A stretch of DNA of 62,156 bases, filler included, from Polymyxa betae A26-41 (Eukaryota; Protista; Endomyxa: Phytomyxea): NCBI GenBank assembly GCA_003693705.1. It is 4 parts of 4 records of this genome, joined end to end, with 100 filler letters (N's around TTAATTAATTAA, not from the genome) between each part and the next. Parts side by side here need not be neighbours in the genome. Positions count along the whole stretch, not along the records: positions 43,319 to 59,812 come from RBZT01000984.1; positions 59,913 to 62,156 come from RBZT01000023.1; 2 more parts are not named here. The stretch is one strand, 5' to 3'. Shown here one piece after another: positions 51,059 to 62,156 of this stretch (the first letter of the stretch is position 1; each line of letters starts with the position of its first letter). The notes below the pieces were generated by a model, which ran no database searches, was not told the origin of the DNA, and saw only the letters and a list, made by a program, of their open reading frames with translations. A program made the translations under genes and the position numbers.

Positions 51059-51559
51059 GACCGAGACTGTCATCTTATCTCCATAAAATGTTTTGCAATT
51101 ATAGAGTCAGTTACCGCCCATCATTGTGACAGTTCAAGTACGTTGAATATTGGAACTATAATCTATAGGATCTTTCAGAGGCTGGCTGTGGTCTGTACTT
51201 AGTCTTGATACAGCAATGATAATATAGAAATCATAATTATGCAGGACCCACTAGCATTCCCATCAAATGCGCTCACCGATGCCATTATGACAGAATTGGG
51301 TAAAGACGGAAGCATGGTTTTCACTGATTCCTGGGCCAGTATTCCGCCATCGAATATTGGCCGGCTTTACAGAGAGACAACGGGTTTGTGACAATGGCAA
51401 CTTTACAGCGATTTGGTCGAGAGGTCGTCAGAGTGAGCATAGTGAGCGGGACCCTGCAGCCCCAAACTAGAGAATGGAATGTTCGTTACGGTACCGAAAG
51501 ATGCGTAGTGCCGACACAACCGAGTGCGTGACGTATATACTTAAGTGTTACGGCTTGTG

Positions 51560-52944
51560 AGACGGACGTGGCCGTCTTGGACCCAGATCCCGTCTTCTTT
51601 ATCATTCACAATATCAACATGATTACATTCATCATTGTCTGTCTTATTACAGCCGGGATAACGACTGCTGGTTATGTTACATGCAGAACCGATCTCTTCG
51701 AAGAGACTGGTAATGTGACATACTACCTTCATATAACATACTGAGTGTATTATTGATAGTCTATCCAAACCCAATTATGAAAATAATTCCAAAAAATTTC
51801 ACAGCACTCTCTAATGCAGTAAGCCCAGAATGTCCACTTGTTATATTCATTCGTAGTGGGGAATCTACACATAATATTCATCATTGTTATAAACATTGTT
51901 ATCATCATATGAAGGGAAGTCTTGATCAAGATTGTATCAGCGATTTAAACAAGCAGGAGCGTCTCATATTTTTCGATTCCGAGCTCACAGAGAAGGTCCA
52001 AACCGAACTCGCTTTTTCAACTTTGTCTTCCTTTTCTTTTAATTTCTTTTCTGTACAGTATGATGGGCTGAACTGATTAACAAATTTTGTAGGGTTTACA
52101 ACAAGCAGAGAGGCTGCAGAGTTTATTGCAAAGCTCTGGATGGAGTGGACTGCTGGAGTCTGTTGGCCGAGTCCATTATCTGTGTAGTCCACTATCTCGT
52201 TCTATACAGACTGCGTTACATGCAATACCCAATGTTAAGTTCACAGTTGATGATGGTGTACGTGAACGTGTAACACCATTAGGACCAGATCTACGTCGTA
52301 GCTTTATGAGCAGCCTCATCATGTACTGTCCAATATGTAGTTTAAGATCTGACCTGAGACATCATCATACAGTGATGGGAAACCGATTGCGTCCATACAG
52401 GACAAGTTTATAGAGCAGGCGGGTCGGCTGATTTGGAAAATGTAACGTTAAACTATGTAACGTTGACTGTTATTAAGAGCTGTATCTATCAGGGCCAAGC
52501 CGGACTCCAACGATATCTACGATAAGTTCGGGTTCTATAGGTAACGTTGTGTAACGGTACATGAGGTCGTATTGTGATAATCGACAGCGATGACGATCCG
52601 AATATTGAGCTGGGTACGTTGGAGACCAGTGATGAGCTCAACATGCGTATCGTTAAATGGCTGGATATGTTACGCCCGAAACGTAAGCGTGATGTGGTGG
52701 TATGGTGTCTATTAGTGATAGATGATGATATTGTATAACAGATGTGAATGTATTAGATCATATTCCTTCTATATATGTTGTATTTAGTCATTCAGAGTTT
52801 ATTAGTGCCATTTTACGACATTTTAATCTCCACGAATATCAAGATCAACTTTATCGACCAAATAATTATTGTGAAGTCGTCCCTGTCATGTTACAGTTCC
52901 GTCATCACCGTCTACAATCAACATCCAGCCAACATTTCGCGTGA
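51560..52944 (+). CDS. Histidine phosphatase (PGAM-like) paralog B
   Basis: IFIRSGESTHN, FDSELTE, YLCSPLSRSIQTA, VDDGVRER, VFSHSEFI. Start approximate. Confidence 0.7.
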
Positions 52945-53655
52945 TCTGTCCATCTTATCCGATTCCGCAAGGCTAGCAATAAGCATTGCTTCATCTTCAT
53001 TCTCAATTGATTAAAATTGGAAAATTTGTCACTCAGATGCCCTATACAAAATAATCGACGCCTGAAAGTGCCAAATCATCATGCTCGGGATTTTTGCATC
53101 ACAAATCTCTATTCAATGTCCATTATATACGCTGTTGAGCTCATTGACCGCCTCATTGGCGGCAATTTCCCATCTCGCTCATGATCATGCAATTTTCATA
53201 CCGAATGGAACGTGGTATTGAGCCAATGCTGCTCGGAGCACTTTCAACGTTTTCCAGTCATAGTTTGAAAATACAGATTTCATGTTCATATTATGTAGCT
53301 GTAGCTTCTAACGAAGATTTCATGAATGATATAAAGGCAGACTATTTAATGGGGTTTATTACAGATTGCAGCCCATCTCCAACCATCTCCATCATATCAA
53401 TATCAATGGCGTGACAGCACACCATCACCCCATGGGGGCTCTTTGACGTGAGGCACATTTATCAACTTGGAATCACCCGCGTCTTGAGAATGTTCCGATG
53501 GTGACGCGTTCCAGAAAGTTCCACTCGGAAAGGGAGGCGGTCGGGTACGACTTGGTGTTCGCAGTCAGAAGCTGTGTCGGCATTTGCTGTATTATGTCTG
53601 ACTGTGGCGGCCTTTCGTTCGGAGTTGCCATCACCGTCGTCGTCGTTCGATCATC

Positions 53656-54976
53656 ATGTTTAAGTATGTGATCACTCCCTCCAGATTATCATTCGTCCTA
53701 TTGTCATGCATTCATTCATCATCGTTTGTATCAGTGTAGTTGTAGCGTTAACTACAGCTGTTGATGTTACCCTTAATACCAATGTCTTCTCTCAAACAGG
53801 TTTTTTTGTTAGACATGATCAATTGTAACATAACTGATCATGTCTCTGTTTCATAGATCATCCCAGCATGAAATTGATCCCGAAAGATTTCCAGCAGCTT
53901 GCAAAGGAAGTTGGCCCTGAATCTCCTCTTCTGATATTTATTCGTAGTGGTGAAGCAACACATAATAATAATCATCATATTAAGGATCTCTATCATCGTA
54001 TGTTGAGCTCATTGGATGATAATTCATCCACTAGTTGGAACAGAGACCAACGACTTCAAATCTTCGACCCGGATCTCAGCGAACAGGTTACATGTTGTTC
54101 AACATCTGTCCACATGGCGTACTGACCCATTGGCTATTTAGGGTTGCCAACAGGTCAAGAACCTACAAGGTCTATTAGAGAGCAGCGGATGGATGAAGTT
54201 CCTGGATGATATTGATGGAGTTCAATACTTGAGCTCTCCATTGACACGTTCAATTCAGACCGCTCTTTTAGCTATCCCGAAAGCCAAATTCACATTGGAT
54301 GACGGTGTACGTCAACGTATGACGCCATTGGGACCAGATGTACGACGAAGCTATGACTCGGAACTCACCATGTAACATTATCACTCAATCTCCTTCATCT
54401 CGTTGACTTTCTTGTCATTAGCGGCAGCGAGAAAGCTGTCTCTGTTCAGGAGAAATTCAAGCATTACAAAAACCGTCTCGTCTACAAGATGTGATCCATT
54501 TTCAGCTATTTCGAGTTGTTTTCTGATGATCTTGTAGGGCAAAACTGGACTCGGACAACATAGTCGACAAGTTCGGCTTTTACAGGTTCGTGTGTTACAC
54601 CATCTCTGTAACATAATATGCATTGTAACGTGCTGTTTGCAGTGAAGAAGACCCGAACCTTGATGCTGGTAAACTGGAGTCGGATGAAGATCTTGATCAG
54701 CGTATTACGAACTGGATTAACATGATTCACCCGAAACATCAGAAACAATCGAAGGTCGTCAAGATTGTTGACAAACTTCTTCCAGATTCGATCGAGAACA
54801 AGCTTGTCAAGCAACCACCTAAAGTCTACGTCATCGTTGCAAATTCTCAGTTCATCACCGGCGTTATTGAACATTTCAATCTTCCTATTCTTCAAGACCA
54901 GGACAACCGCCCAAACTTTTGTGAAGTAATTCCTCTCATGCTGCAGTTCAAAGACAATTCTTCCACCTCCATCTAG
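53656..54976 (+). CDS. Histidine phosphatase (PGAM-like) paralog C
   Basis: IFIRSGEATHN, FDPDLSE, YLSSPLTRSIQTA, LDDGVRQR, IVANSQFI, RPNFCEV. Confidence 0.7.
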
Positions 54977-55929
54977 AGAATATCCTCTTCAAAACGCATT
55001 CGAGTTTTCATTATTACTTTACCCATTCGTTACGATCATCAATGAACATATATCACCTGGAATCTCTCGTCGAAGCGTCGAAGTTGTCCCGAACCAAGGC
55101 CAAGGTTACGATTCAAAACATTCAAGATAGCATCAATGGCTGTCATAATCCTTCATAGCATGTAAAATTTGAGCGTAGAACTTTTCTGTCAAATGGCGTG
55201 CATGAATCAAAAATAGACATGTGTCTTCCTGCATATTGTAATGTCTCATGTCAATGGGCCAACCTGAGCCAACAAGTGGCATTTGCCAATATGCAGATCC
55301 TTTGGATTCTCTAATAGATGCCTATATGAGAATGACGGCATCAGTATCATGACTTTGCTTTTGCACGAAATAAATTCTGGATTTGTCTAAAGTCGTGGCT
55401 TGAAGTGATATTGTCAGGTTAGGTNNNNNNNNNNNNNNNNNNNNNNNNNNNNNNNNNNNNNNNNNNNNNNNNNNNNNNNNNNNNNNNNTGGTGATCTAAC
55501 CTTTTGCATTTTTTTGGAATTTCGCACCTGAATCCTGCTTAATCTCTCCTCTATTGGAATTTAGCAATCATCATTTTTGGATCTGAAGTCATTTCGAATG
55601 TATTTCCCACTCAAAGGGTTCCGTTAGAAGGCAGCAATTCGCAATTAGAGTGTTTTTGGACAGGTTCTTCCCAATTTCATCATTGCTTAGAGGCCCACAA
55701 CCGGATGCTTTTTCTTCAGCGTCGCCTTGGAGCGGTACGATTACTGTTCAAAAGCAAGCTTGAACCTCATCATTACTCATTATTGGCCGGGCAAATGCTC
55801 ATCTGTGACTATCTTAAATCGTTGCCTTAGACGACCAATGCGAGGTATTCCTTACCTGCTGCGCCATTTTCATCAGGCAAACAACACTCTGTTAACGATG
55901 TCATTGAGGTGCTGCTGCAGCTGAATGCA

Positions 55930-57720
55930 AGGAAATAGACATACGTCCCATTCCGACTTCTCCTTTGACTGATGGTTTTCTAACGCCATTATTTCCATTT
56001 CGGTTTTCAGGATCAATGGAGTGAGCTTGGCAAAACAGTAGTTTAGATGTCAACATCATACAGCCAATGCTCAGGAGCCAGCCTAACTCTCATGACTGCA
56101 TTGTTCTAATCTGAGGGTTTCATACTGATTGTTGGAATATTGACATTTGTGATGTAATGAACAGATATAACATCATCAAAAAAGACGTTATGAACAGATC
56201 AATTCTTGACAATTGGGGACTTCAGTTACGACTCTGGCTGTTGACAATTGCAAAAGTTTTTAAATCGATCGCAGATTCGAAAAACTTGTCGAGTTGCTGG
56301 TCGAAATCTTGCTGAAACGATATCTAAGCGGATCCCAATATACACCAGCTATCACCAACCATCTTAACAGGAATATCTGAAGAGCAGAATTCAGTGAAGA
56401 CCCGCTTCAACGTCTTCTGTTCCTGCTGTACAAGATCTATTGATGAATCCTGTACCATCAAAATTAGAAATAATCCTGTTTGATGAGGTTGGATCTCGTG
56501 TTACCAAATCATTCTCAGGCATGCTGAGAAGGGTTTCCAGTCCTCTCTAAGAAAAATCAATCGATAAATGTCTTCAAAAAAAATGATTAGTCGAGACCAT
56601 CCGTTCTGTTATAGATTCTGCTAGAATTGCAAGAGTTCTACCCTTCAACATGGCTGCAATCTGAAAGAGGTGTCATTTATCGCAATGTCGAAGACGTTTT
56701 CAAACCGCTTTGCAGAAGTCTTGTTTGAGAACATCGAGATCGGACTGAAATTCGTTGCCTTGTTCCTGTTGATTCTCAGCATTACATTGTAGAACTTCCA
56801 AATTCGGTATCGACATACAACCATCTCCCGAAGTTCTGTTGAAGCGTATGGTTGTGAAGAAGAAGGGCGCGCTTCAAGCAAGACAGATTCGTATGTCTGA
56901 ACCAGCTTGAACAGAGCCCTGATCGTAATATGCATTTTTACAAATTGTTTCTGAACATAAACGTCAAAATCGAAACGCGTTTGAATACTTTAACATACGT
57001 GAGCTTTCTTAGTTCGTAAACAGTTAGATACCTTATCAAGTTGATCAAGAAAAAGCTGTTTCCTGGCGCTTTGATTCTCGATAGGGGCACGAAATGAGAC
57101 GCGATTCTAAATGATGAAAGTAAGACCATGGTGTCAGATGACACAAATCATGTGGAATACGCCAAATTCATCGGGTATCATGGGGCGAATTAATCCACCT
57201 TTAGTGTACATCTCATCGAATCGTTTTAACAGGCGGGCGTTCGGGTCGTCTAAAGAATTCCACTGACATCTTCATATGAACAACCGATTCGGTTTCTTGT
57301 ATGATAATAATTACCAGCTGTCGAACTTCCTGCTTTATCGACTGCCAGAAAAATTCGGTATTTGGATATCGATAATCCTCCTCATTGGGGACCTAGATAT
57401 ACAAACAATCTAACTCAAAAATTTAAGAGATTTCTTTCGACGTTACGTTGTTGTTTGTGTTGAGACTGCTTTCTAGATTGCGGCCGTGTTGTGAATCGTC
57501 TGGTTTACTGAGTAAATCTCGCTATAGTCATTAGTGTATGGAAGAGATCCGACAGATTGATCAGATTACATACCAGGGTGATTCGTGGAGAAACAACATT
57601 TTTTTGGCCAAATGGTGAACATGGGCATCCATTGTTAACAGAAGTGGACAGGACGACGGAGCCTAGCACAGCTACAACCAGGACGAAGGGCACGCCCATG
57701 ATCGACAGCATTGGTAAAAA
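55930..57720 (-). pseudogene. Decayed secreted/membrane gene, possibly sulfotransferase-like
   Basis: Hydrophobic leader MGVPFVLVVAVLGSVVLS; IFLAVDKAGSST resembles a 5'-PSB loop; many stops. Confidence 0.25.
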
Positions 57721-57989
57721 AAAAAGCGCGATTGATTGTACTCATCTGTTCGCCGCCCGCTCTGCTCAAATAAATGCAATTGTGCAATAACATTTTCATT
57801 CATGATCATTTGCTTGATAAAAACTGCGCCTGTGTCGCATTAACGGTTCAAGTCGCGCAAATCCAAGTTTACAAAGAGTTGAATGAAAGATCTCTTGTCA
57901 GTATGACCTGCGAGATTACTAACGTCAGGCAAGCACCGAATTCTGTTTTCATCGGGGCTCCATTGATTTTTTTGGGGTTAATGTCCAAG

Positions 57990-58420
57990 CTGACCAGAAT
58001 TTGGGTCGTTGTTTGACGCCTTATCCATGGTTATACACCCCGACCTCCTTGTTAACTCGAAATCGTTCAGCGTCGATTTGACAATGTCAGCAATTCCAGA
58101 GCCTGTATGATCAGTAGTCTCTTGGAATTGCAGCAACTTTTTGACGAGCGCCCAATCCGAGTCATCGTAATGCATAGTGATCGCCAGGAAAGAATATACT
58201 GTTAAAAGAAGTCCACATATCAAAAACATAATGAACCGCAGAATCGCTTCTGGCAATAATTTCTTTCGTATCAAAAGCTTTCATCGTCTCATTTCGCTTG
58301 ACAATGCTGTTACGAAGAGCATCCCTTTTGGGAATGTAAAACATTATCTCTTTCACACTTTAGGCACAGCTTCAACAACGTTAGAAACGATTCAGACTCC
58401 ATGATTGTCAAAGCTTCGGT
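57990..58420 (-). mobile_element. hAT transposase fragment
   Basis: IPKRDALRNSI..VFDMWTS, frameshift, SFLAITMHY..DW..HTGSGIADIV..ITMDKASNN. Confidence 0.8.
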
Positions 58421-59160
58421 TTTCATGAGAATCCAATCGGAGCTCTATAATGAGTGTTGGAAGAATTAGATTGGAATGTGATAAAGTATTGGTAAAATTC
58501 TTTTTTGTGGTTTTTATTTTGATAAAGTACATGGTGGGTTTGATTTTTATAGATTTAGAGATGGTTGTGGTAATAATTTCTACAGATGGAATAGTGAATT
58601 GTTCAATGCATGGCAATTTCATAGTTTTATTATGGCGAAATTCTATTTTTCCATAATCATATTCAAGCAATAATTGATTTTATATAAAATCCAATCACTT
58701 CCTAGTTCCTACGCCACACTTATGAATGGAAAACAAAAATAATAATAGGAGTTAATCTTGGAATTGTGAATGGGGAAAAATATTTGAAATAAAAATGGGG
58801 AGATAATGTTTATATCAAAGATGGTAATGAAACTGACGAAAGAAACTGATGACATCAGAATAGCATTGAATCTAAGTAAGAAAAGTCAGGAATTTGAATT
58901 AATAAACGAATCTTGTCATGCTTATTTTATAAAATGCAAAAATGAAAATACATCTGATTTTATAATAGAAGATAACGTTTATATTGAAGATTACGAAAAT
59001 GGTTTGGGTTACAAAGACATTAATGTAAGTAATCCGATATATAAATTCTGTGATATTGTAGTAGTACTGTTATCTCCCTTTTCGAAGATCTAGGCGACTG
59101 AATCAAAAGAACTCATTCGGAGCATATTGGACCTGATTTCAGTAAACCAAGTATGTCGAC

Positions 59161-59811
59161 CTAAATAACATCGCTCAGTGACAGATCGATAAATAAGTCA
59201 AGATTGATACGCGCTAGAAGACGGAGCCGACTTGGTACAGAATCAGCCTGAAAAGGTTGCCGATCTGGACCAGGATTGTGTCTCTCTATAAGATCCCATC
59301 TTTGTAATCCCGGATCCCTCTGATCTAAATCCAGAGTTACCAAACCACACATAAACATAACTCTCTCAATAAATAAAGTATTGGATCGTCCATGAAGTAG
59401 CTGCGTATCGACCCATGAAGGTACAGATAATGGTTCAGATGCTATTGGAGCGTCAGCTATTGGAGCGTCTGCTGCAGCTGACGAATTCGCGGAAGGTGAT
59501 TCTTTGCCGTCCTGATCCAATAAGCCATTAATCAGCTGTGCAGCTAGTTCAGGGCGATAGAACATGGGCGTTGCAACTTCGTCGGGTTCGTCCGAAGACG
59601 AGAATGATTCGCTGAAAGCCGTATCAGGGGCCGGGTCCGCCGCTGGCTGTAGAGGTTGATAATCGTTGGCGTTCTGCAGATAATCAACAAGGAAATACAT
59701 CTTATCAATCATATGTGGATAGTCGAGAAGAAACTGTACGACAGCGGCGCAGCAGTCGATGTTCACGCCTGCACCCGCGACGTCCTGAAAGTGAACGGCA
59801 TCGATAACGAG
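59161..59811 (-). CDS. Hypothetical intronless protein (>=201 aa, may start in the gap)
   Basis: Long open frame; no family recognised. Confidence 0.4.
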   Translation of the reverse strand, partial: LVIDAVHFQDVAGAGVNIDCCAAVVQFLLDYPHMIDKMYFLVDYLQNANDYQPLQPAADPAPDTAFSESFSSSDEPDEVATPMFYRPELAAQLINGLLDQDGKESPSANSSAAADAPIADAPIASEPLSVPSWVDTQLLHGRSNTLFIERVMFMCGLVTLDLDQRDPGLQRWDLIERHNPGPDRQPFQADSVPSRLRLLARINLDLFIDLSLSDVI

Positions 59812-59912
59812 ANNNNNNNNNNNNNNNNNNNNNNNNNNNNNNNNNNNNNNNNNNNNTTAATTAATTAANNNNNNNNNNNNNNNNNNNNNNNNNNNNNNNN
59901 NNNNNNNNNNNN

Positions 59913-60806
59913 ATCTTCATTTGCTCCGACATTTACTCTGAAGATTGCTGTCTTGGACAGCTGGTTGATGATATTTGCGAGGATCCGCAACGTGTTCTTG
60001 ATATCAAAGATGGACTTGCTGACTTCATGAATCGAATGCCCGAAGTTGATCGTGAAATTAATGATATGAAGGGCCGGATACCTGATCTTGATTCGAAGTT
60101 GGAAGTTCTCGAAGAGGACCTGAAAGTTGCGGAAATTGAGCACGGAGCTGTGAAAGCTCGACTGCGAGACTGTAATCTTCCTGACCTTAAAACCGCTCAG
60201 AAAGCTCTAACTGCCAAAACCGTTTGCCTGAATCAGGCCGAGAACGAACTCCGTGAAATTGGCCATTTCCAAGATCTATCTGGAACGTATGCTGACTGGA
60301 ATACCGATGCTATCATGCATCACGTCATTGGATTTCTTGAAGAGCTCAATCAACGCAACTTGTTTGATCAGATTTTTGATGGTGGTCCAGGCCATGTTAA
60401 GGAATTCACTGTTGAATTTGAAAAGAATTACAAGAGAATGCACGGACACTTACCATCTAATTGTCGATTCGGGCCTCGAGAAACTGCTGAATTCGCGCCG
60501 CCAAATCGCTTCAATTTCGGTTCAGCCGCTGAATATTGGAAAAAGTTGGCGGATCACTATCAAAGACATTCTGCAAAAAAGAAGGAAATCGATGGGATCC
60601 AGTCCGATGTTACTCAGCTTACAAGCAAGGTTGAAGAACATCAGAACCGTGTAAACTTGACCAAATCATCCATTGTTTCTGCTGAAGAATCGGTTGAGAC
60701 TTATCGAACAAAGGTGGACAATGTTAAGAATGAGCGGGCTGATACCGAGCTGAAATTAACACAACTGGAGACTCGCAAGAAGAATGTGTTAGATTTGGTT
60801 GCATGA
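59913..60806 (+). CDS. Coiled-coil hypothetical protein (5' partial)
   Basis: Frame is open from the gap edge; heptad-rich N- and C-terminal parts surround a small globular insert. Confidence 0.55.
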   Translation: MFICSDIYSEDCCLGQLVDDICEDPQRVLDIKDGLADFMNRMPEVDREINDMKGRIPDLDSKLEVLEEDLKVAEIEHGAVKARLRDCNLPDLKTAQKALTAKTVCLNQAENELREIGHFQDLSGTYADWNTDAIMHHVIGFLEELNQRNLFDQIFDGGPGHVKEFTVEFEKNYKRMHGHLPSNCRFGPRETAEFAPPNRFNFGSAAEYWKKLADHYQRHSAKKKEIDGIQSDVTQLTSKVEEHQNRVNLTKSSIVSAEESVETYRTKVDNVKNERADTELKLTQLETRKKNVLDLVA

Positions 60807-62156
60807 TCTGCTACTAAGATATCCATCACATTTACAATTCAAGTATCATTTCAATAAATTTTGTCATTTTTGGTTTCATTAATATCGCTTTCTTACTGAC
60901 AAAGAGCAATCGCTGCGAAAGCGGTTTCCGATATAGATAGGGTGGAGTTTTTTCTGAATGTCTTCGCTTATGCTGAGATCGCTTTTTCCTGTATTTGTTT
61001 TATTCTACTTATCTAGCCTGCTGAAGCGATTGTCAACGTGTGCAAAAGGATTGAATCGGTCTGCAGATGGTCCTTGACGATATAAATGAAGTGACCTTTC
61101 AGGAGGGATGAATTCCTATATTAAAGCATCGAAAGAAGTCTTTGCAAATTGCTCTTTGTTTCAGAAGGGGATATATGACCTTGTTGCTATTAAAATCTTT
61201 CAGGGCATTTCCCGACTATTTGATAGGAATGTTATCTACTATATTTACTCCCGAATAAACACAACAAGCACGTTTTGGTACAATTTCAATTAGATCGAAC
61301 TGAATAGGTCCAGATGTTTAAGGTCGACATTTTGATCTGGGGGTTTTGGATTCGGTAGATGGGACATGAAGAACGAAGAGCAAGACACTGTCAATAAGCA
61401 ACGAAGTGATAATCCGCAGATTATGAAGATAATCTCAGAATTGTAGCTCTGGAATAGGGTTGTAGTGCTGGCCCATTGATGACGTTGTCTATAACAGAAA
61501 CAAGCAGCAGGATCTGGGATAAAGAGAGTGATGTAAAATAGAGATTTTGAAGAAAACAATAACGTTGCTAAGCTGCTGCTTCTGTGCTCGAACGTGAACA
61601 GATGCAGAGTGCAATTTGTGACGGAAGAGTTCGCTGTCAAGCTGGACGCGGATCTGATTCGTGTGCTAGGGTTAGGGTTAGGGTCTCCCTCATGTGATAA
61701 TGGAGAGCAGAAACAATCGTTGAAGCGTTTGCGTAGCAGACAATGCGGCAACGAACAGATTCCAGAATTTGTGCTATAAAGAGGAACATTTTAGGAGAAG
61801 GCACGAATTTCGTAACAAAGTTTCTCAGACGATCTTGGATTAGAGAATGCGTTCAATGAGATACAATGTGAAATTGATATTTACTGTACGAGATAGTGCC
61901 AGCACTAGCGACATCAGTTCGTATAGCAGTGTTGCTGTCACCTGAGATTGGTTATTTTGCTTGAAGTTGACGGATTCCATAAACAGATCGTCAAGTCTGA
62001 ACAAGTATCAAATATAAGTCAATCGATCATACACTATATGATGAACCTGTTCTCTATCAAGAGAGTACAGTTAGCACAATTGCAATCATACAATCAGTCA
62101 GGACTCAAGATAAACCCGACATGATCGCAGATTTAAATGTCGGAGCAAATGAAGAT

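Noticed and set aside
12781-60806. Fanzor/TnpB RNA-guided nuclease
   Set aside because: No RuvC motif set with CxxC..D.D.NAA was seen in any supplied ORF.
61667-61684. Telomere (TAGGGT x3; also at ~50131)
   Set aside because: Too short and internal; at most a telo-box-like motif.

Overview
Eukaryotic scaffold segment with short GT-AG introns. A protist, possibly a plasmodiophorid-like parasite, is inferred from the CBM18-chitin deacetylase, the Crinkler-like gene and TTTTAGGG-type motifs; this is not proven. 1-12.1 kb holds two conserved multi-exon minus-strand genes: the ASCC3/Slh1 dual-cassette Ski2-like helicase (truncated by the window edge) and CDC23/APC8. The rest is an accessory, transposon-rich region. 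It contains a TIR element with a nested mariner derivative, a decayed Crinkler/RHS-type NTPase-NTPase-REase gene hit by a solo LTR and a TRIM-like element, a virus-like HNH endonuclease relic, copia fragments, a chromodomain gene, two tRNAs, two BTB/POZ paralog clusters, three LINE 3' ends with (CCAAT)n tails, a palindromic 55-bp minisatellite, a plant-type mariner, a chitin deacetylase, three His-less phosphatase paralogs, an intronless PD-(D/E)xK ORF and a hAT fragment. The most striking unexplained signal is a conserved multi-hairpin RNA with compensatory base changes and a tRNA T-arm mimic in the 3' UTRs of two divergent LINEs. Exon boundaries were read by eye and are approximate.
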